Part shown: piece by piece, positions 27,243 to 37,700 of the stretch
Position numbering within the stretch: the first letter of the stretch is position 1
How the letters are laid out: every line of letters begins with the position of its first letter
IMG/VR virus record: IMGVR_UViG_3300040770_000293
Location: 20,449-84,448 of that record
From: a virus
Strand: one strand, 5' to 3'
Length of the DNA stretch: 64,000 nt
Translations under genes and position numbers: made by a program
The notes under the pieces: generated by a model
The model's database searches: none
The model's input: only the letters and a program-made list of their open reading frames with translations
What the model was told of the DNA's origin: nothing

Positions 27243-28829
27243 ATGAGTAAAAAGAAATATACAGAAGAAGAGATTAATTTTGTAAAGGATTTAGTCGAAA
27301 AAGGAAGTGATGTAACCCCTGCGGCTAGGTTAATGTGTGAGTATTTTGGAAAGTTTTTCACTGATTCTATTGGGCGTAAAATGCGAGATAAGATGCAGAA
27401 AATGAAAGTAACTAATAACGTACAAGTTATTGAAGATACCGATGTATTTAAAGAAGCGCAAAATAAACAACATGATAACACAAAGAAAAGGTTTTTAGTT
27501 ACTTGGGCACAATCAGATACAGCTGTTCATAAGGGATTTCTTAAAAATATAGAATCCTATGCTAAATATGTTGATGCTGATATTTTATGTATTGCTGGAC
27601 GATATTCTAACCCTTCATCTCTATCTGCAAGCAGAGCTATAAAATCAAAAGAAAAAGCTATTAAAAACACTTGGGATAATTCTATTTTACCTTATCTTGA
27701 TGCTAACCGTCATAACTTACATCAACATTTAGCTGTTCTTTCAGATGTTAAAATTCAGCCTACTGCGTCTACTCCTTTATCAGGCATGAATGGTATAACA
27801 GGGGTAGAAAGTTGTATTGTGGGTCATCCTCGCGTACAACTTCAATCTTTACCTGTTATGGAAGGTTATCCTAATAAACTGTTAGTGACAACAGGAGCAT
27901 GTACTTTACCTAATTATACAGATACAAAAGTTGGTAAAAAAAGTGAGTTTCATCATCAATTAGGTTTTGTAATTGTAGAGGTAGATGGTAAAGATTTCCA
28001 TATTAGACAAATCGTTGCAGATAAAAAAGGTAATTTTTATGATTTAATTTTTTGTGCGAAAAATGGAGAAATTAGTGAATGTGGTGAAGGTGTACCTGCT
28101 TTAATATTTGGAGACTTACACTTGCACGAAGAGGATAAAAAAGCTGTAAAAACTTCTTTTAAAATGGCAGAATTATTAAAGCCTGAAAATATATTCTTAC
28201 ATGATTTAGGAAATGGGCATTCAGTTTCTCACCACGAACAAAGAGATCCTTTTATATTATTGGAGAGAGAAGAAGACGGTTCCTGGAGCTTACAAAAAGA
28301 ATTAGATAATATTGTAGAATGGTTGAACAGCTATCCTCAATATAATTTTGTATCCGTGCAATCCAATCATAATGAATTTATTGATAGATGGTTACGAAGT
28401 GAAGATTGGCGTAAGACTAAAAATAAAAAATTGTATTTAGAATTTTCAAATGTAGTGGTTAAAGGATTAGCTCCAAAAGGTATATTAGCTTATTATTTAA
28501 ATAATCATGTACCTCATTTGTACTCTTTAGGATTAGATGAGTCTTACAATGTTTTAGGCTTTGAACTGGGAATACACTCTCACGTTGGTGTACATGGGAG
28601 CAGGTCTTCTCCTATACAACTAAAAAACTTGCCAATGAAGAGCGTAGTTGGACATAGTCATGTCCCTCACCGATATGATGGGTCATTGTCTGTAGGTACT
28701 TTAACTAAGTTAAGATTAAATTATAATAAGGGTTGTTCGGCTTGGTTGCACTCCAATGTTGTTATTTATCCTAATGGTAAAGCTTCTCACATACATATTA
28801 CTAATGGTAAGTTTACTACCTTAGTTTAA
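27243..28829 (+). CDS. Large metallophosphoesterase-like protein
   Basis: C-terminal half GDLHLH, HDLGNG, SNHNE, HSH, GHSH. Confidence 0.75.
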   Translation: MSKKKYTEEEINFVKDLVEKGSDVTPAARLMCEYFGKFFTDSIGRKMRDKMQKMKVTNNVQVIEDTDVFKEAQNKQHDNTKKRFLVTWAQSDTAVHKGFLKNIESYAKYVDADILCIAGRYSNPSSLSASRAIKSKEKAIKNTWDNSILPYLDANRHNLHQHLAVLSDVKIQPTASTPLSGMNGITGVESCIVGHPRVQLQSLPVMEGYPNKLLVTTGACTLPNYTDTKVGKKSEFHHQLGFVIVEVDGKDFHIRQIVADKKGNFYDLIFCAKNGEISECGEGVPALIFGDLHLHEEDKKAVKTSFKMAELLKPENIFLHDLGNGHSVSHHEQRDPFILLEREEDGSWSLQKELDNIVEWLNSYPQYNFVSVQSNHNEFIDRWLRSEDWRKTKNKKLYLEFSNVVVKGLAPKGILAYYLNNHVPHLYSLGLDESYNVLGFELGIHSHVGVHGSRSSPIQLKNLPMKSVVGHSHVPHRYDGSLSVGTLTKLRLNYNKGCSAWLHSNVVIYPNGKASHIHITNGKFTTLV

Positions 28830-28837
28830 ATTATTTT

Positions 28838-28867
28838 AAACCCTTGCAAAAATTTGTGAGGGTTTTT
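28838..28867 (+). terminator. Intrinsic terminator
   Basis: AAACCCTTGCAAA/TTTGTGAGGGTTT stem. Confidence 0.8.
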
Positions 28868-28899
28868 GTTGTTTAAACCATTTTTTATGTTTATCTTTG
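28868..28899 (+). promoter_or_regulatory. Bacteroidota sigma-A-type promoter
   Basis: GTTG-N20-TATCTTTG; leader contains AAAAGGCTGTTTT. Confidence 0.75.
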
Positions 28900-29124
28900 C
28901 TTTTCAAATAAGTAAAAAGGCTGTTTTTATTCTTTTTTGCGCAAAAAATAAACATAAAAAATGGAATATTACAAAATGATGATAAATAATGCTAAAGAGT
29001 ATTTGAAAAATGCAGATACTTTAAGTGAAGATTATGTTAATGCTTTTACTATTAGCGAAGCACTAGCTATTTGTACAGGTAGGTTAAAAGAAGAAATAGT
29101 ATTAGATTTAATAAATTAGAAATT

Positions 29125-29316
29125 ATGAAAGTATTAGGAATAGAACTAGGTGGAGGTGTTGATACATCTGCTTACGATTTTAGAGATGATTTAATAACCG
29201 AATTAGAAAAATGTATTGAAATACCTTTTGCTATGAACTCTTTTACAGAGAGTAGACTATTTGGTCAGCAAGAGTGTTTGAAAGATATTATAGAATATTT
29301 AAAACAAATAATATGA
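29125..29316 (+). CDS. Hypothetical protein
   Basis: ORF in small-gene cluster. Confidence 0.55.
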   Translation: MKVLGIELGGGVDTSAYDFRDDLITELEKCIEIPFAMNSFTESRLFGQQECLKDIIEYLKQII

Positions 29317-29576
29317 AAACAATTTACAAATACGTTATAGAAGTTGAAGATGAACAAGAATTAAATCTTCCTTTAGGTGCAATGATATTATCAGCTGCTT
29401 TTCAAGGAAAAACTCTTTGTATGTGGGTTTTAGTTGATAAAGATGAAGACTATAGTAAAAAACAAACTGTTTACATATATGGTACAGGGCATAATATTGT
29501 AGAAGAAAATAGTAGATTTATAAATACTGTTTTTATGGACTATTTAGTTTTTCACGTCTTCGTTAGAAATTATTAA
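29313..29576 (+). CDS. Hypothetical phage protein
   Basis: MKTIYKY...LPLGAMILS...IYGTGH...VFHVF. Confidence 0.7.
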   Translation: MKTIYKYVIEVEDEQELNLPLGAMILSAAFQGKTLCMWVLVDKDEDYSKKQTVYIYGTGHNIVEENSRFINTVFMDYLVFHVFVRNY

Positions 29577-29578
29577 TT

Positions 29579-29905
29579 ATGAAAATATACAAATTTGAAC
29601 ATAATATACCAGGAGGTGAAACTGATTGGGTATGTGCTCCAAACATTAATAAAGCAATAGATTTTTATTACGACCACACAGGGATAAATTATTTTGAAGA
29701 TATTATTGTTAAAGCATTAACTAAAAAAGAATTAGAAAGTAGTTATCTTTTAGATGTGAGTGAATAAGAGCCTGATTTTGATGATGACTATAGTGGAAAT
29801 TTAACAGAAGAAGATTTTTGTAATGGATATTTAATTATAGAATCTTTTGCCGAATATTTAAAAACAGCTAAATCTATTGATATAGTAGCTACAACAGCAT
29901 ATTAA
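29579..29905 (+). pseudogene. Small gene interrupted by in-frame TAA (29765-29767)
   Basis: 45 further sense codons with no Met follow the stop and fill the gap to the next gene. Confidence 0.7.
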
Positions 29906-29917
29906 AAAATAAAAATT

Positions 29918-30190
29918 ATGAAAAAAGTAGATTTAAACATTTGTAAAAAAGGAGATATTTTAATATCAAAACATGGAGCTATTTTAAAATATTTAGAGCC
30001 ACTACCTGAAGAACATTATTATGACCATAGAATAGAATATTTGTGTTTAGATGGAGTTTTAAATGAAGGTCAACTTGGTAGTGGTACTAGAAATAATGAT
30101 GGAACTGTATTTAAAAATAAACATTTAGATACTGACCATGATATTGTATCTATAATACCTTTGGAAACCTTTAAAAAATTATATTTATGA
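29918..30190 (+). CDS. Hypothetical protein
   Basis: ORF in cluster. Confidence 0.65.
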   Translation: MKKVDLNICKKGDILISKHGAILKYLEPLPEEHYYDHRIEYLCLDGVLNEGQLGSGTRNNDGTVFKNKHLDTDHDIVSIIPLETFKKLYL

Positions 30191-30495
30191 AATTAATAGA
30201 AGAATTTGACGAGATTTGTAATAAGATTGGAAAACACGTAGGTTATGATGGATACGTAGAGAATCATTCTCTTGACACATCTAATATTAATAATTTTTGG
30301 CAATCTTGTTCAAATGATGATAGTATTTATTGGGCAGAAACCAAAGAAGACATATTAGAAGATACAGGAGATATTTATCACTCTGATACAAGAGGTATAC
30401 ATAGAGGAGAAGAAATTACATTAGCTTTAGTTACTAGTGATTTTGGAGATGGAGACTATTGGTTAGTTTTAGATACTAAAAATGAAATAAAATAA
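30187..30495 (+). CDS. Hypothetical protein
   Basis: ATGA overlap. Confidence 0.65.
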   Translation: MKLIEEFDEICNKIGKHVGYDGYVENHSLDTSNINNFWQSCSNDDSIYWAETKEDILEDTGDIYHSDTRGIHRGEEITLALVTSDFGDGDYWLVLDTKNEIK

Positions 30496-30497
30496 TA

Positions 30498-30725
30498 ATG
30501 GCAAACAGACATTACGCAGTAGACAGGGATTATGATATTACTCTAAATTTTAAAGTTAAAGTAAATCATATTAGTAATTATTATAATTTATCAGAAGAAG
30601 ATATTAAAAATGTTCTTGATAATTTAGAGGAGGATTTTAAGTCTTATTTTTTGTGGAAAATTAGAAATGAACACAGATTAGAAGATGCTGGAGTAGATTT
30701 TGTAACTTTTGAAGTGAAAGATTAA
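30498..30725 (+). CDS. Hypothetical protein
   Basis: ORF in cluster. Confidence 0.6.
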   Translation: MANRHYAVDRDYDITLNFKVKVNHISNYYNLSEEDIKNVLDNLEEDFKSYFLWKIRNEHRLEDAGVDFVTFEVKD

Positions 30726-30727
30726 TT

Positions 30728-30982
30728 ATGAATTTTACTAAAGATGAATGGAAAGAACTGGCTAAAAGATTTAACGAGAAAAAGTTCTTAGGTAAATTAT
30801 TACTTATAAAACAAAATCCTACTTTATTTAAACTTGAAATAGATTCAGGTTGGATGATGTTAAGGCTTCACAGTGAAGAAGCTATGCAACAGGAATTTGA
30901 CATGTTATTTGAATTCTCAAATGAATTATCTTCAAGTGATATAAATGATTTATTTTGGGCGGCAGACATAAAAACTTATTAA
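30728..30982 (+). CDS. Hypothetical protein
   Basis: TAATTATG junction. Confidence 0.6.
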   Translation: MNFTKDEWKELAKRFNEKKFLGKLLLIKQNPTLFKLEIDSGWMMLRLHSEEAMQQEFDMLFEFSNELSSSDINDLFWAADIKTY

Positions 30983-30984
30983 TT

Positions 30985-31212
30985 ATGATAAAATGGAAAA
31001 CAACAAAACCCACTGATAGAAGCGGGTTAACTTACTACGATGAAAGAGAAGTAATTTGTAGCAAACCTCTTTTAGTTAAATACAGAGTTGGGAATTACAC
31101 TTTCTTTGCCAAAGCTACGTATATTCCTTGTAAAAAAGAGTGGCAAGATTGGGAGTCTTTTCAACTAGAAAATGTAATTGGATGGTATGACTTAAAAGAT
31201 GATTTGAAATGA
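30985..31212 (+). CDS. Hypothetical protein
   Basis: TAATTATG junction. Confidence 0.6.
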   Translation: MIKWKTTKPTDRSGLTYYDEREVICSKPLLVKYRVGNYTFFAKATYIPCKKEWQDWESFQLENVIGWYDLKDDLK

Positions 31213-31526
31213 AAAAATTAATTGAAAATATAGGGTCAATATTATTTGAACCTTACAAAGATTTACCTTGGGAAAAAATAAATAATGTATTATTGTGGAG
31301 CTTAAAACTTTATAGTCTTGTATTAGTACCTTATTTAACTGCTGTTTTTATTGGTACTCTGCTTTCTATTCTTTTTGGTGGATTTACAGATTTTATTTCT
31401 AATGTACCTAATTTTACAGTTAATTATTTTTATGATGGTCATCTTTTTAACCTTATAGCTTGGAGAGTACATTTGTTTTGGTTTGCTTTGTGTCTTTTAA
31501 TTAATATAAATGAAGAATTAAGGTAA
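31209..31526 (+). CDS. Hypothetical membrane protein
   Basis: Two long hydrophobic segments. Confidence 0.65.
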   Translation: MKKLIENIGSILFEPYKDLPWEKINNVLLWSLKLYSLVLVPYLTAVFIGTLLSILFGGFTDFISNVPNFTVNYFYDGHLFNLIAWRVHLFWFALCLLININEELR

Positions 31527-31527
31527 A

Positions 31528-31734
31528 ATGGAGATAGAATATTTACAAATTAGAGAAAAGGTTTTAGATGAAATATCTTTAGAAAATTTTAAGACTTGGA
31601 AGTTTTTAGATGAACATGGTAACTTACAAAATACAATTCAATTTGAAGATGACATAGAAAGAGAGCTCTTAAAAAGAGAGAGATATGATTTACTTATTGA
31701 TTTAAAAAACCCCCTAGAGATTGTTAGTCTTTAG
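31528..31734 (+). CDS. Hypothetical protein
   Basis: Last + strand gene. Confidence 0.6.
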   Translation: MEIEYLQIREKVLDEISLENFKTWKFLDEHGNLQNTIQFEDDIERELLKRERYDLLIDLKNPLEIVSL

Positions 31735-31747
31735 AGGGTTTCTTTTT
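31704..31747. terminator. Probable bidirectional terminator at the strand convergence
   Basis: Imperfect hairpin flanked by A- and T-tracts, overlapping two convergent 3' ends. Confidence 0.55.
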
Positions 31748-31920
31748 ATTTCATATATTGTGTCCATATTATAACCACTTGTCTCTTTAAATGCAATTCT
31801 CTCTTTTGTTTCTGCATCTATATAAAATGTTGCGTGAAACCATACACCTTGCGCTACCCTGTAATTTTTATCTTTTAAAAAGTTATAAAATTCTTCTTCA
31901 TTTACTTTTGTCCATCTCAT
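31714..31920 (-). CDS. Hypothetical protein
   Basis: Last gene of the - strand cluster. Confidence 0.6.
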   Translation of the reverse strand: MRWTKVNEEEFYNFLKDKNYRVAQGVWFHATFYIDAETKERIAFKETSGYNMDTIYEIKRNPLKTNNL

Positions 31921-32183
31921 AACTTATTTAATTTATTTTTTAGTTTTAATAATACCTCTATACAAGCTTTGTAATACACTTGTTTTTCAAAGTTATCTGT
32001 ACGTCCTAGTTTAGGAGTTTGTTCTTGAGAGAGCTCAGATTTGTACTTATTTAGACTGTCTAGTACTATTCGATTGAATTCTTTTTTGGCGGCTAAAAAA
32101 CCTGCTTCAAAATCATTAAAGGAAGACTCGTCATCTATACTTCTACTTCTGTATTTTGCGTAATGTGTTGCTATTGTTTTCAT
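31917..32183 (-). CDS. Hypothetical protein
   Basis: ATGA overlap. Confidence 0.6.
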   Translation of the reverse strand: MKTIATHYAKYRSRSIDDESSFNDFEAGFLAAKKEFNRIVLDSLNKYKSELSQEQTPKLGRTDNFEKQVYYKACIEVLLKLKNKLNKL

Positions 32184-32267
32184 TTTCTATGTATCCGTTA
32201 TGTATCCATTTTTTGTAGTGATATTTAAAGCACTCTGTTTTAGTTTTTTCTTGTGGCGGTTTTTCTT

Positions 32268-32555
32268 TCAAAGTTCTGCTTTTATTTTTACTAGTTGTTG
32301 TAAAGCTTCCTCAAATACTTCATCAAAATGCTGTTCACTTGTAAGATTACTTATTATTTGATACTCTTCGTAAAAAGTATTACTGTTACACTCAATTTTA
32401 AAACCAAAAGAGTCGTACTTAACTATCACTTGATATTTAGGATATACTTTTACAAGCTCATCTTGACATAACTCATCTTGAAAATATAAGTAATAAGGGT
32501 ATTCTAAGTCTAATTCTTTTTCTGTTATTTCTCTAACTTTGCATTTTACTTTCAT
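32268..32555 (-). CDS. Hypothetical protein
   Basis: ORF in cluster. Confidence 0.6.
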   Translation of the reverse strand: MKVKCKVREITEKELDLEYPYYLYFQDELCQDELVKVYPKYQVIVKYDSFGFKIECNSNTFYEEYQIISNLTSEQHFDEVFEEALQQLVKIKAEL

Positions 32556-32920
32556 ATAGTAATTATTTTAATTGGTAATCCTCTTTTAATTGCTTTGTTT
32601 ATTGCGTTTTGCGTACCTCTTGAGTTGTACTGTTGCATTGCTATAAAATAGTCTGAGTTATCTACTATGGTTTGATTTCTTAAGATAGGTGCTACTTTTG
32701 GATTATTATTTTTATAATCGGGTAAATATATCTCTGTCTTTATTCCTTTTTCTTGCGCCCATAGCTCACATAAACTATCAAACCCTTTAGCTCCTCCGTG
32801 AACTATTATACATTCGTTATCTTTTAAAAGGCGGCTCAAATAAAAATCAAGTTGTTGAAAAACAAAATCTTTATCTGTGATTGTACGTGAACCTGAGACT
32901 CCTATTCTAACTGTTCTCAT
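32552..32920 (-). CDS. SLOG-superfamily protein (DUF2493/YspA-like)
   Basis: IGVSGSR, IVHGGAKGFD, APILRNQTIV, SRGTQNAI. Confidence 0.85.
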   Translation of the reverse strand: MRTVRIGVSGSRTITDKDFVFQQLDFYLSRLLKDNECIIVHGGAKGFDSLCELWAQEKGIKTEIYLPDYKNNNPKVAPILRNQTIVDNSDYFIAMQQYNSRGTQNAINKAIKRGLPIKIITI

Positions 32921-33336
32921 AAATAGATTTGCCCTTTAATTTCTACTTCTCTTAAAAAATTGTGTAATTCATCTTTTTTAGTAATTACTTCTTTCTCATC
33001 ATCACTCCATAAAATACAGTTATTTTTATGTAAATCAGGAAGGTAGATATTTAAACGGTAAATGATTGGAAAAATATAACCTCCTTTTCCATCATCTCTT
33101 TGCTCACCTCTACTTGTAATTTCATCTTCTGAGAGTTTATTAGTATAAGGTAAAGTAAGAATATTATTTTTAATTCTGTTATACAGTAAAATTAATCTTT
33201 CGGGTCTTTTACCACTAATTAAGCACCACCCTAAGACATCATAATTAAAGTGATTATAATATCTTTCGTCTTTGGCTCTTAACGATTGCATTACAATCGA
33301 TTTAGTCACTTTTGTCTTTTTTAACTCTACTGTCAT
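32917..33336 (-). CDS. Hypothetical protein
   Basis: ATGA overlap. Confidence 0.65.
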   Translation of the reverse strand: MTVELKKTKVTKSIVMQSLRAKDERYYNHFNYDVLGWCLISGKRPERLILLYNRIKNNILTLPYTNKLSEDEITSRGEQRDDGKGGYIFPIIYRLNIYLPDLHKNNCILWSDDEKEVITKKDELHNFLREVEIKGQIYL

Positions 33337-33462
33337 TATAATTCAAATTTATCACAGATTTTACTTTTTAAAGTTAAAGGTTCTTCTGTTAAGTTACATT
33401 TATGTTGTTTTCTTTTTCCTTTATAATGGTAATCAAACCACTTACAATGTTTACACTTCGCT

Positions 33463-33810
33463 TCATATATTATCTCTACTTTCATCTCTTAAAATATAAT
33501 CTGTTGGTTTTAAATTTAATTTGCGTGCCAAAGTTTGAAAACTGTCACTAGCTGAATCATAGTGATGTTCCCCTAGCTCATAATCCATGTATAGTCTATT
33601 TTTACCTTCACTTACAATATCCTTAGAAAATGCTTCAGCATAAGGTGCGTTTATACATTCATCTGCTATTCCTAGTAGAGTATAATTTTTATGTGGTAGT
33701 TTTACTCTTTCACCACTTGTGGAAGTTAAATATCCATCTGAAGTATCCGCATTAACTCCTTCTTGACTGTTTGGTAATTCTACAAAGATGTAGTTTTTAT
33801 ATTTTTTCAT
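33463..33810 (-). CDS. Hypothetical protein
   Basis: ORF in cluster. Confidence 0.65.
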   Translation of the reverse strand: MKKYKNYIFVELPNSQEGVNADTSDGYLTSTSGERVKLPHKNYTLLGIADECINAPYAEAFSKDIVSEGKNRLYMDYELGEHHYDSASDSFQTLARKLNLKPTDYILRDESRDNI

Positions 33811-33979
33811 TTAATTAGTTGGTTTTTTGTGTCTAAACAACTCAATCTTAAATCTTTCTTTCTCTCTTACTTCTAGTTCATCAAATAAATGACTAGCTAC
33901 GTTGATTAAGTCTTGAAATATTTCTATGGTAGTTTTATCAGTATTTATACCAAGTCTTTTTAGTTTTTGTATCTGTTGT

Positions 33980-34570
33980 TTATCCATTGAGTCTATAAGT
34001 TTTTAATCTTTCTATTTCTGTTTCTTTTGCGGAAATTTTTAAATCTATTTCTGAATTAAATTGTTTTATATCTAAAAGTCTGACTGCCTCTTGTCTATCA
34101 TAGCTACTTCCTCTCACAATTTTGTAAGCTTCTTCTGTGGTATACTTTCCTGCAAATGATATGTTTGAAGAATAGCCACTATGATTTGCACCCCAATATT
34201 GTCCGTAACAACCTGCGTAAACTACAGCTAAATCTTGAGGATTAGAAATAGTTAATAATCTTGCACTTTCATCTCTTTCTTTACACCATAAATAGCTTTT
34301 TAAATCTCTACGTCTGAGTTCTTTACCTTCATATAGTATTACATCAGAATATTTATCTCGAGTTGCTATTACATCTATATATTTAATTTCGTTATCTTGA
34401 TACTTATGAATTGCATCTATAGTTGCCCCTTGATATATTAATTCGGATAATCCTTTACTTCTGGCTTCTCCTCTTGTTTCTGCCAAAACTATAATTTCGT
34501 CATAATACCAAGGTTCAAACAAGTCTTTTGCAGTTATTTTCCAAGCTTTCTTTAATATTGTCTCTTTCAT
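33980..34570 (-). CDS. Hypothetical protein
   Basis: First gene after promoter. Confidence 0.7.
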   Translation of the reverse strand: MKETILKKAWKITAKDLFEPWYYDEIIVLAETRGEARSKGLSELIYQGATIDAIHKYQDNEIKYIDVIATRDKYSDVILYEGKELRRRDLKSYLWCKERDESARLLTISNPQDLAVVYAGCYGQYWGANHSGYSSNISFAGKYTTEEAYKIVRGSSYDRQEAVRLLDIKQFNSEIDLKISAKETEIERLKTYRLNG

Positions 34571-34619
34571 ATTTTTAGTTTTTTTGGCGGGAATAAAATT
34601 AAAACAGCCTTTTCAAACA

Positions 34620-34651
34620 CAAAGATAACAATAATAAATCTATTAAACAAG
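34620..34651 (-). promoter_or_regulatory. Bacteroidota sigma-A-type promoter
   Basis: CTTG-N20-TATCTTTG on - strand; leader contains AAAAGGCTGTTTT. Confidence 0.75.
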
Positions 34652-34691
34652 AAAAAAGCCTGTAAATTACCAAAGAGGCTTTTTACAGGCT
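34652..34691 (-). terminator. Intrinsic terminator after the 1848-aa gene
   Basis: AGCCTGTAAA/TTTACAGGCT stem with T6. Confidence 0.8.
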
Positions 34692-34712
34692 AATTATTTT
34701 AAGATTTAAATT

Positions 34713-37700
34713 CTATTTCTTATCTTCCTTGTCTTCTGATAATAGGTAAGCTGGAGTGAAATACATAAATGTACCTGAATTTAAAATGTATTGATCTTTT
34801 ACTCGTTGCACGTTTTTGAGGTTAAAATATTCCTTGACCAATCCCGTATTGCGTCCCCAATACCTAAGATTTTTTGTAGCTCCAGTCCATTTACCACTTG
34901 AAACTATTTCATCGCTTCCGATATCTGTTACAGCTAATACATCAGGGATAACATTTAAGCCAACAAAACTTGATTCCACAACTTCGTAATATGTTGCTGG
35001 TAAAGCTACACCTACAGATGCCGTTTCATTTGTTAATCTGAGCATTAGATAATTTGCAGCCTGTATTAAAAAAACGTCTTTATTTTCTTCGTCATCAGCT
35101 AATTTAGCTAGTAAAATACTTAACCCTGCTATAAGGTTTAACATTATAAAATCTTTACCATTACGTTGCATGTTCATTTTAGCATTAACATCATCTTGAG
35201 TAAATTCTGCCCAATAGGTTTTTATATCCTTACCTAAATTCTTTACGTCGTCCTTAGTAAACTGTTCAAAATAACCTTTAACAAATCTCCCTAAAGTTCT
35301 GTAAGAGCCTTCTTCAACTTGTCCTGACATTAAAGAAGTATGTTTATTTTTAAATCTCCTTGCTGTGGCTATCGGAATGAAGGATCTGTGAACGGTAAGT
35401 AACTGTAAAAATAGGTTACGAGCCGAAATGCTCTTCTCTTCTTCAGGCATTTGACCATCTATATTCTGAACTGCATAACTAATTCTTTGATAGATTGCTT
35501 CGTTTTTAAGCTTTAAATACTTTTCTAAGTCTTCTCCAGATCTGTTTAATAAGCCCTCCATTTTAGCTTTGTCATAATTAAACTTTCCATCATCTGTAAG
35601 CATAAAATTATACATGGTATTTTGCTCATTTGCATTCCAAGTGTTTTTAAGCTCTAGACTTGATAATGTTGGGTTAGCTTTTTTAAACTCGTTAAAGTTT
35701 TGAATACTCCCATTTACAATTCTGTAATCATACATTACGCTTAAAGCTATTCTAGGAATAACTGGAAAGTTACCCATAGAGTGTGTAGCATAAGGTAGTT
35801 TTACCATATTTCTCATAACCTTTCCAAAGGATGAGTTTTTCAATCTCTCTGCTTTATTATAAACTAAGAAATTTTCCAATAGTATATTTAACCTTGCTTT
35901 TGAATTTATTTCGCCCGTTTCTGCTATAGCTTTTCCTGCTAACTTTCTAAACTCTTTATTAGCCATCTTAGTGGAGGTCATATCTACATGCTCTCCTACT
36001 TTATTCTCCAAATAAAACTGACTTTGAGCTGTTATCCAGGATGTTGCTGGAGAAATAACTGCAAAACCTAAGTTTCTAAATCTTACAAATGTTGAAAATA
36101 TTCTTAAAAGTTTTGAAACATTTATATTGTAATTCTTAAAAAAGTTTATATTGTAATCAATATCTTCCTTAACTCCAAAATAGGCTTCATCCATGTGAGA
36201 ATTAAACATCTTTAAAGTTGCTGTAGCTGCAGCTTCTTTATTTGAATAAGTATCATTCAAAACAGAACTTTGCAACATTAAAGCTTGTCCTATATGCTCT
36301 TTCCTTGCTCTATATAACATACCTTGCTCATGCATCCAACTGTAGCTTGTTAGAAGTTCATCTGATAAGTCATCCTGATTGGCTAAATCTCTAAAGCCGT
36401 ATTTAGGTATAATTTTCATATCTTGGACCTTAAACTTTTCGCTTCCCTCTATAACTTCACCTGTTGCTATGTCTTCCTCTCTATAACCTACTGAATCTTT
36501 TATTCCCTCTCTAATTTTACCAAAAGAAGGTTGTTTTGCAAAGGCTTCCACTTTTCTAAGGCTTGACTTACTCTGTTGAGGTAGCTTAAATAAGTTGTGT
36601 TGATTTAAAGTGTCTGTTGCTTGTAAGGACTCTTTATGATAATCTAATAAGGCTTGTCTAGCTTTAAATAGTTTTTCATTTTTTGTTGCGTTTCTATTTT
36701 TATCTGGCGCAAAAAGATTTACATACTCTGAACTTTTAAAATCATTTCCCTTAAATTGATACCTTCCTCCTTCATAATTTTTAATGTATTTCTCATTTAA
36801 ATCTGTTCTTTCCTCTGCTTCAAAGAAACTATAATTTGGAGTTACAGTTAAAGGAGATTCTCCATTTGAAACTTCCTGTAATAGTTGAGAAACTTTTTTA
36901 GTCCCTTCTCCTAGTTCTTGAATTAAACTGTCATAACCTACAGGTGAAAATTTAGTGTAGTAGGGTAATAATTTTGTTTGAGAATATTTTACTAAATCTT
37001 TATAAACAGCTATTTGTCTTTCCTCTAAATCTTTAGGGTAGTTAGAACTAAAATGTTTTTCAAATTTTTTAGGTATATTCACCAATTGACCTTTAAGTAA
37101 CATATTTACAAATGTTTTAGCTGAATCTATGTCTGCTTTGCCATTTGAAGTTGTATGTTCTCTAATAAAATCAAGTTCCTGTATACCTCTTATTCCTAAA
37201 TCTTTTAAAGAATCTCTATAAGCTTGATTAACTGTATTCTCTGTTGTTTCTTCAACTTCTTCCTCGTTTTTTTCTTTCTTAAAAAATGTTGAGGCTTCTT
37301 GATATAGCAGTTGTAACTTCTCTGTATACTCTTTTATGTATTCTTTTTCAGATGTTGACATTCTCTCTACGTCTGTCTCTGAAGGTTGGTTTAAAACTCT
37401 ATTACCTTTAATTATATTATTTCTCTTACTTTGTAACTCTTTAATAGAAAAAATTAATTCTTCTGCTCTTTGCTGATTATCTCCTTCAACATTTGACAGT
37501 CTGTCCATTAAGCTTTCTTTACCCCCCAAACTATCCCAAAATTCTCTATTAAACCCTAAATAAGAGTTTAGTTTCAAGTAGTCAAAAGCTCCTTTAAAAT
37601 CTCCTTGGGCTTCTAATTTTTCTATTTCTTCTATAAACTTAGTTGGAATACCTTGTTTATCTTTTTTATTGTCTTGCAGATCTTTCAAGAAAATTTTATC

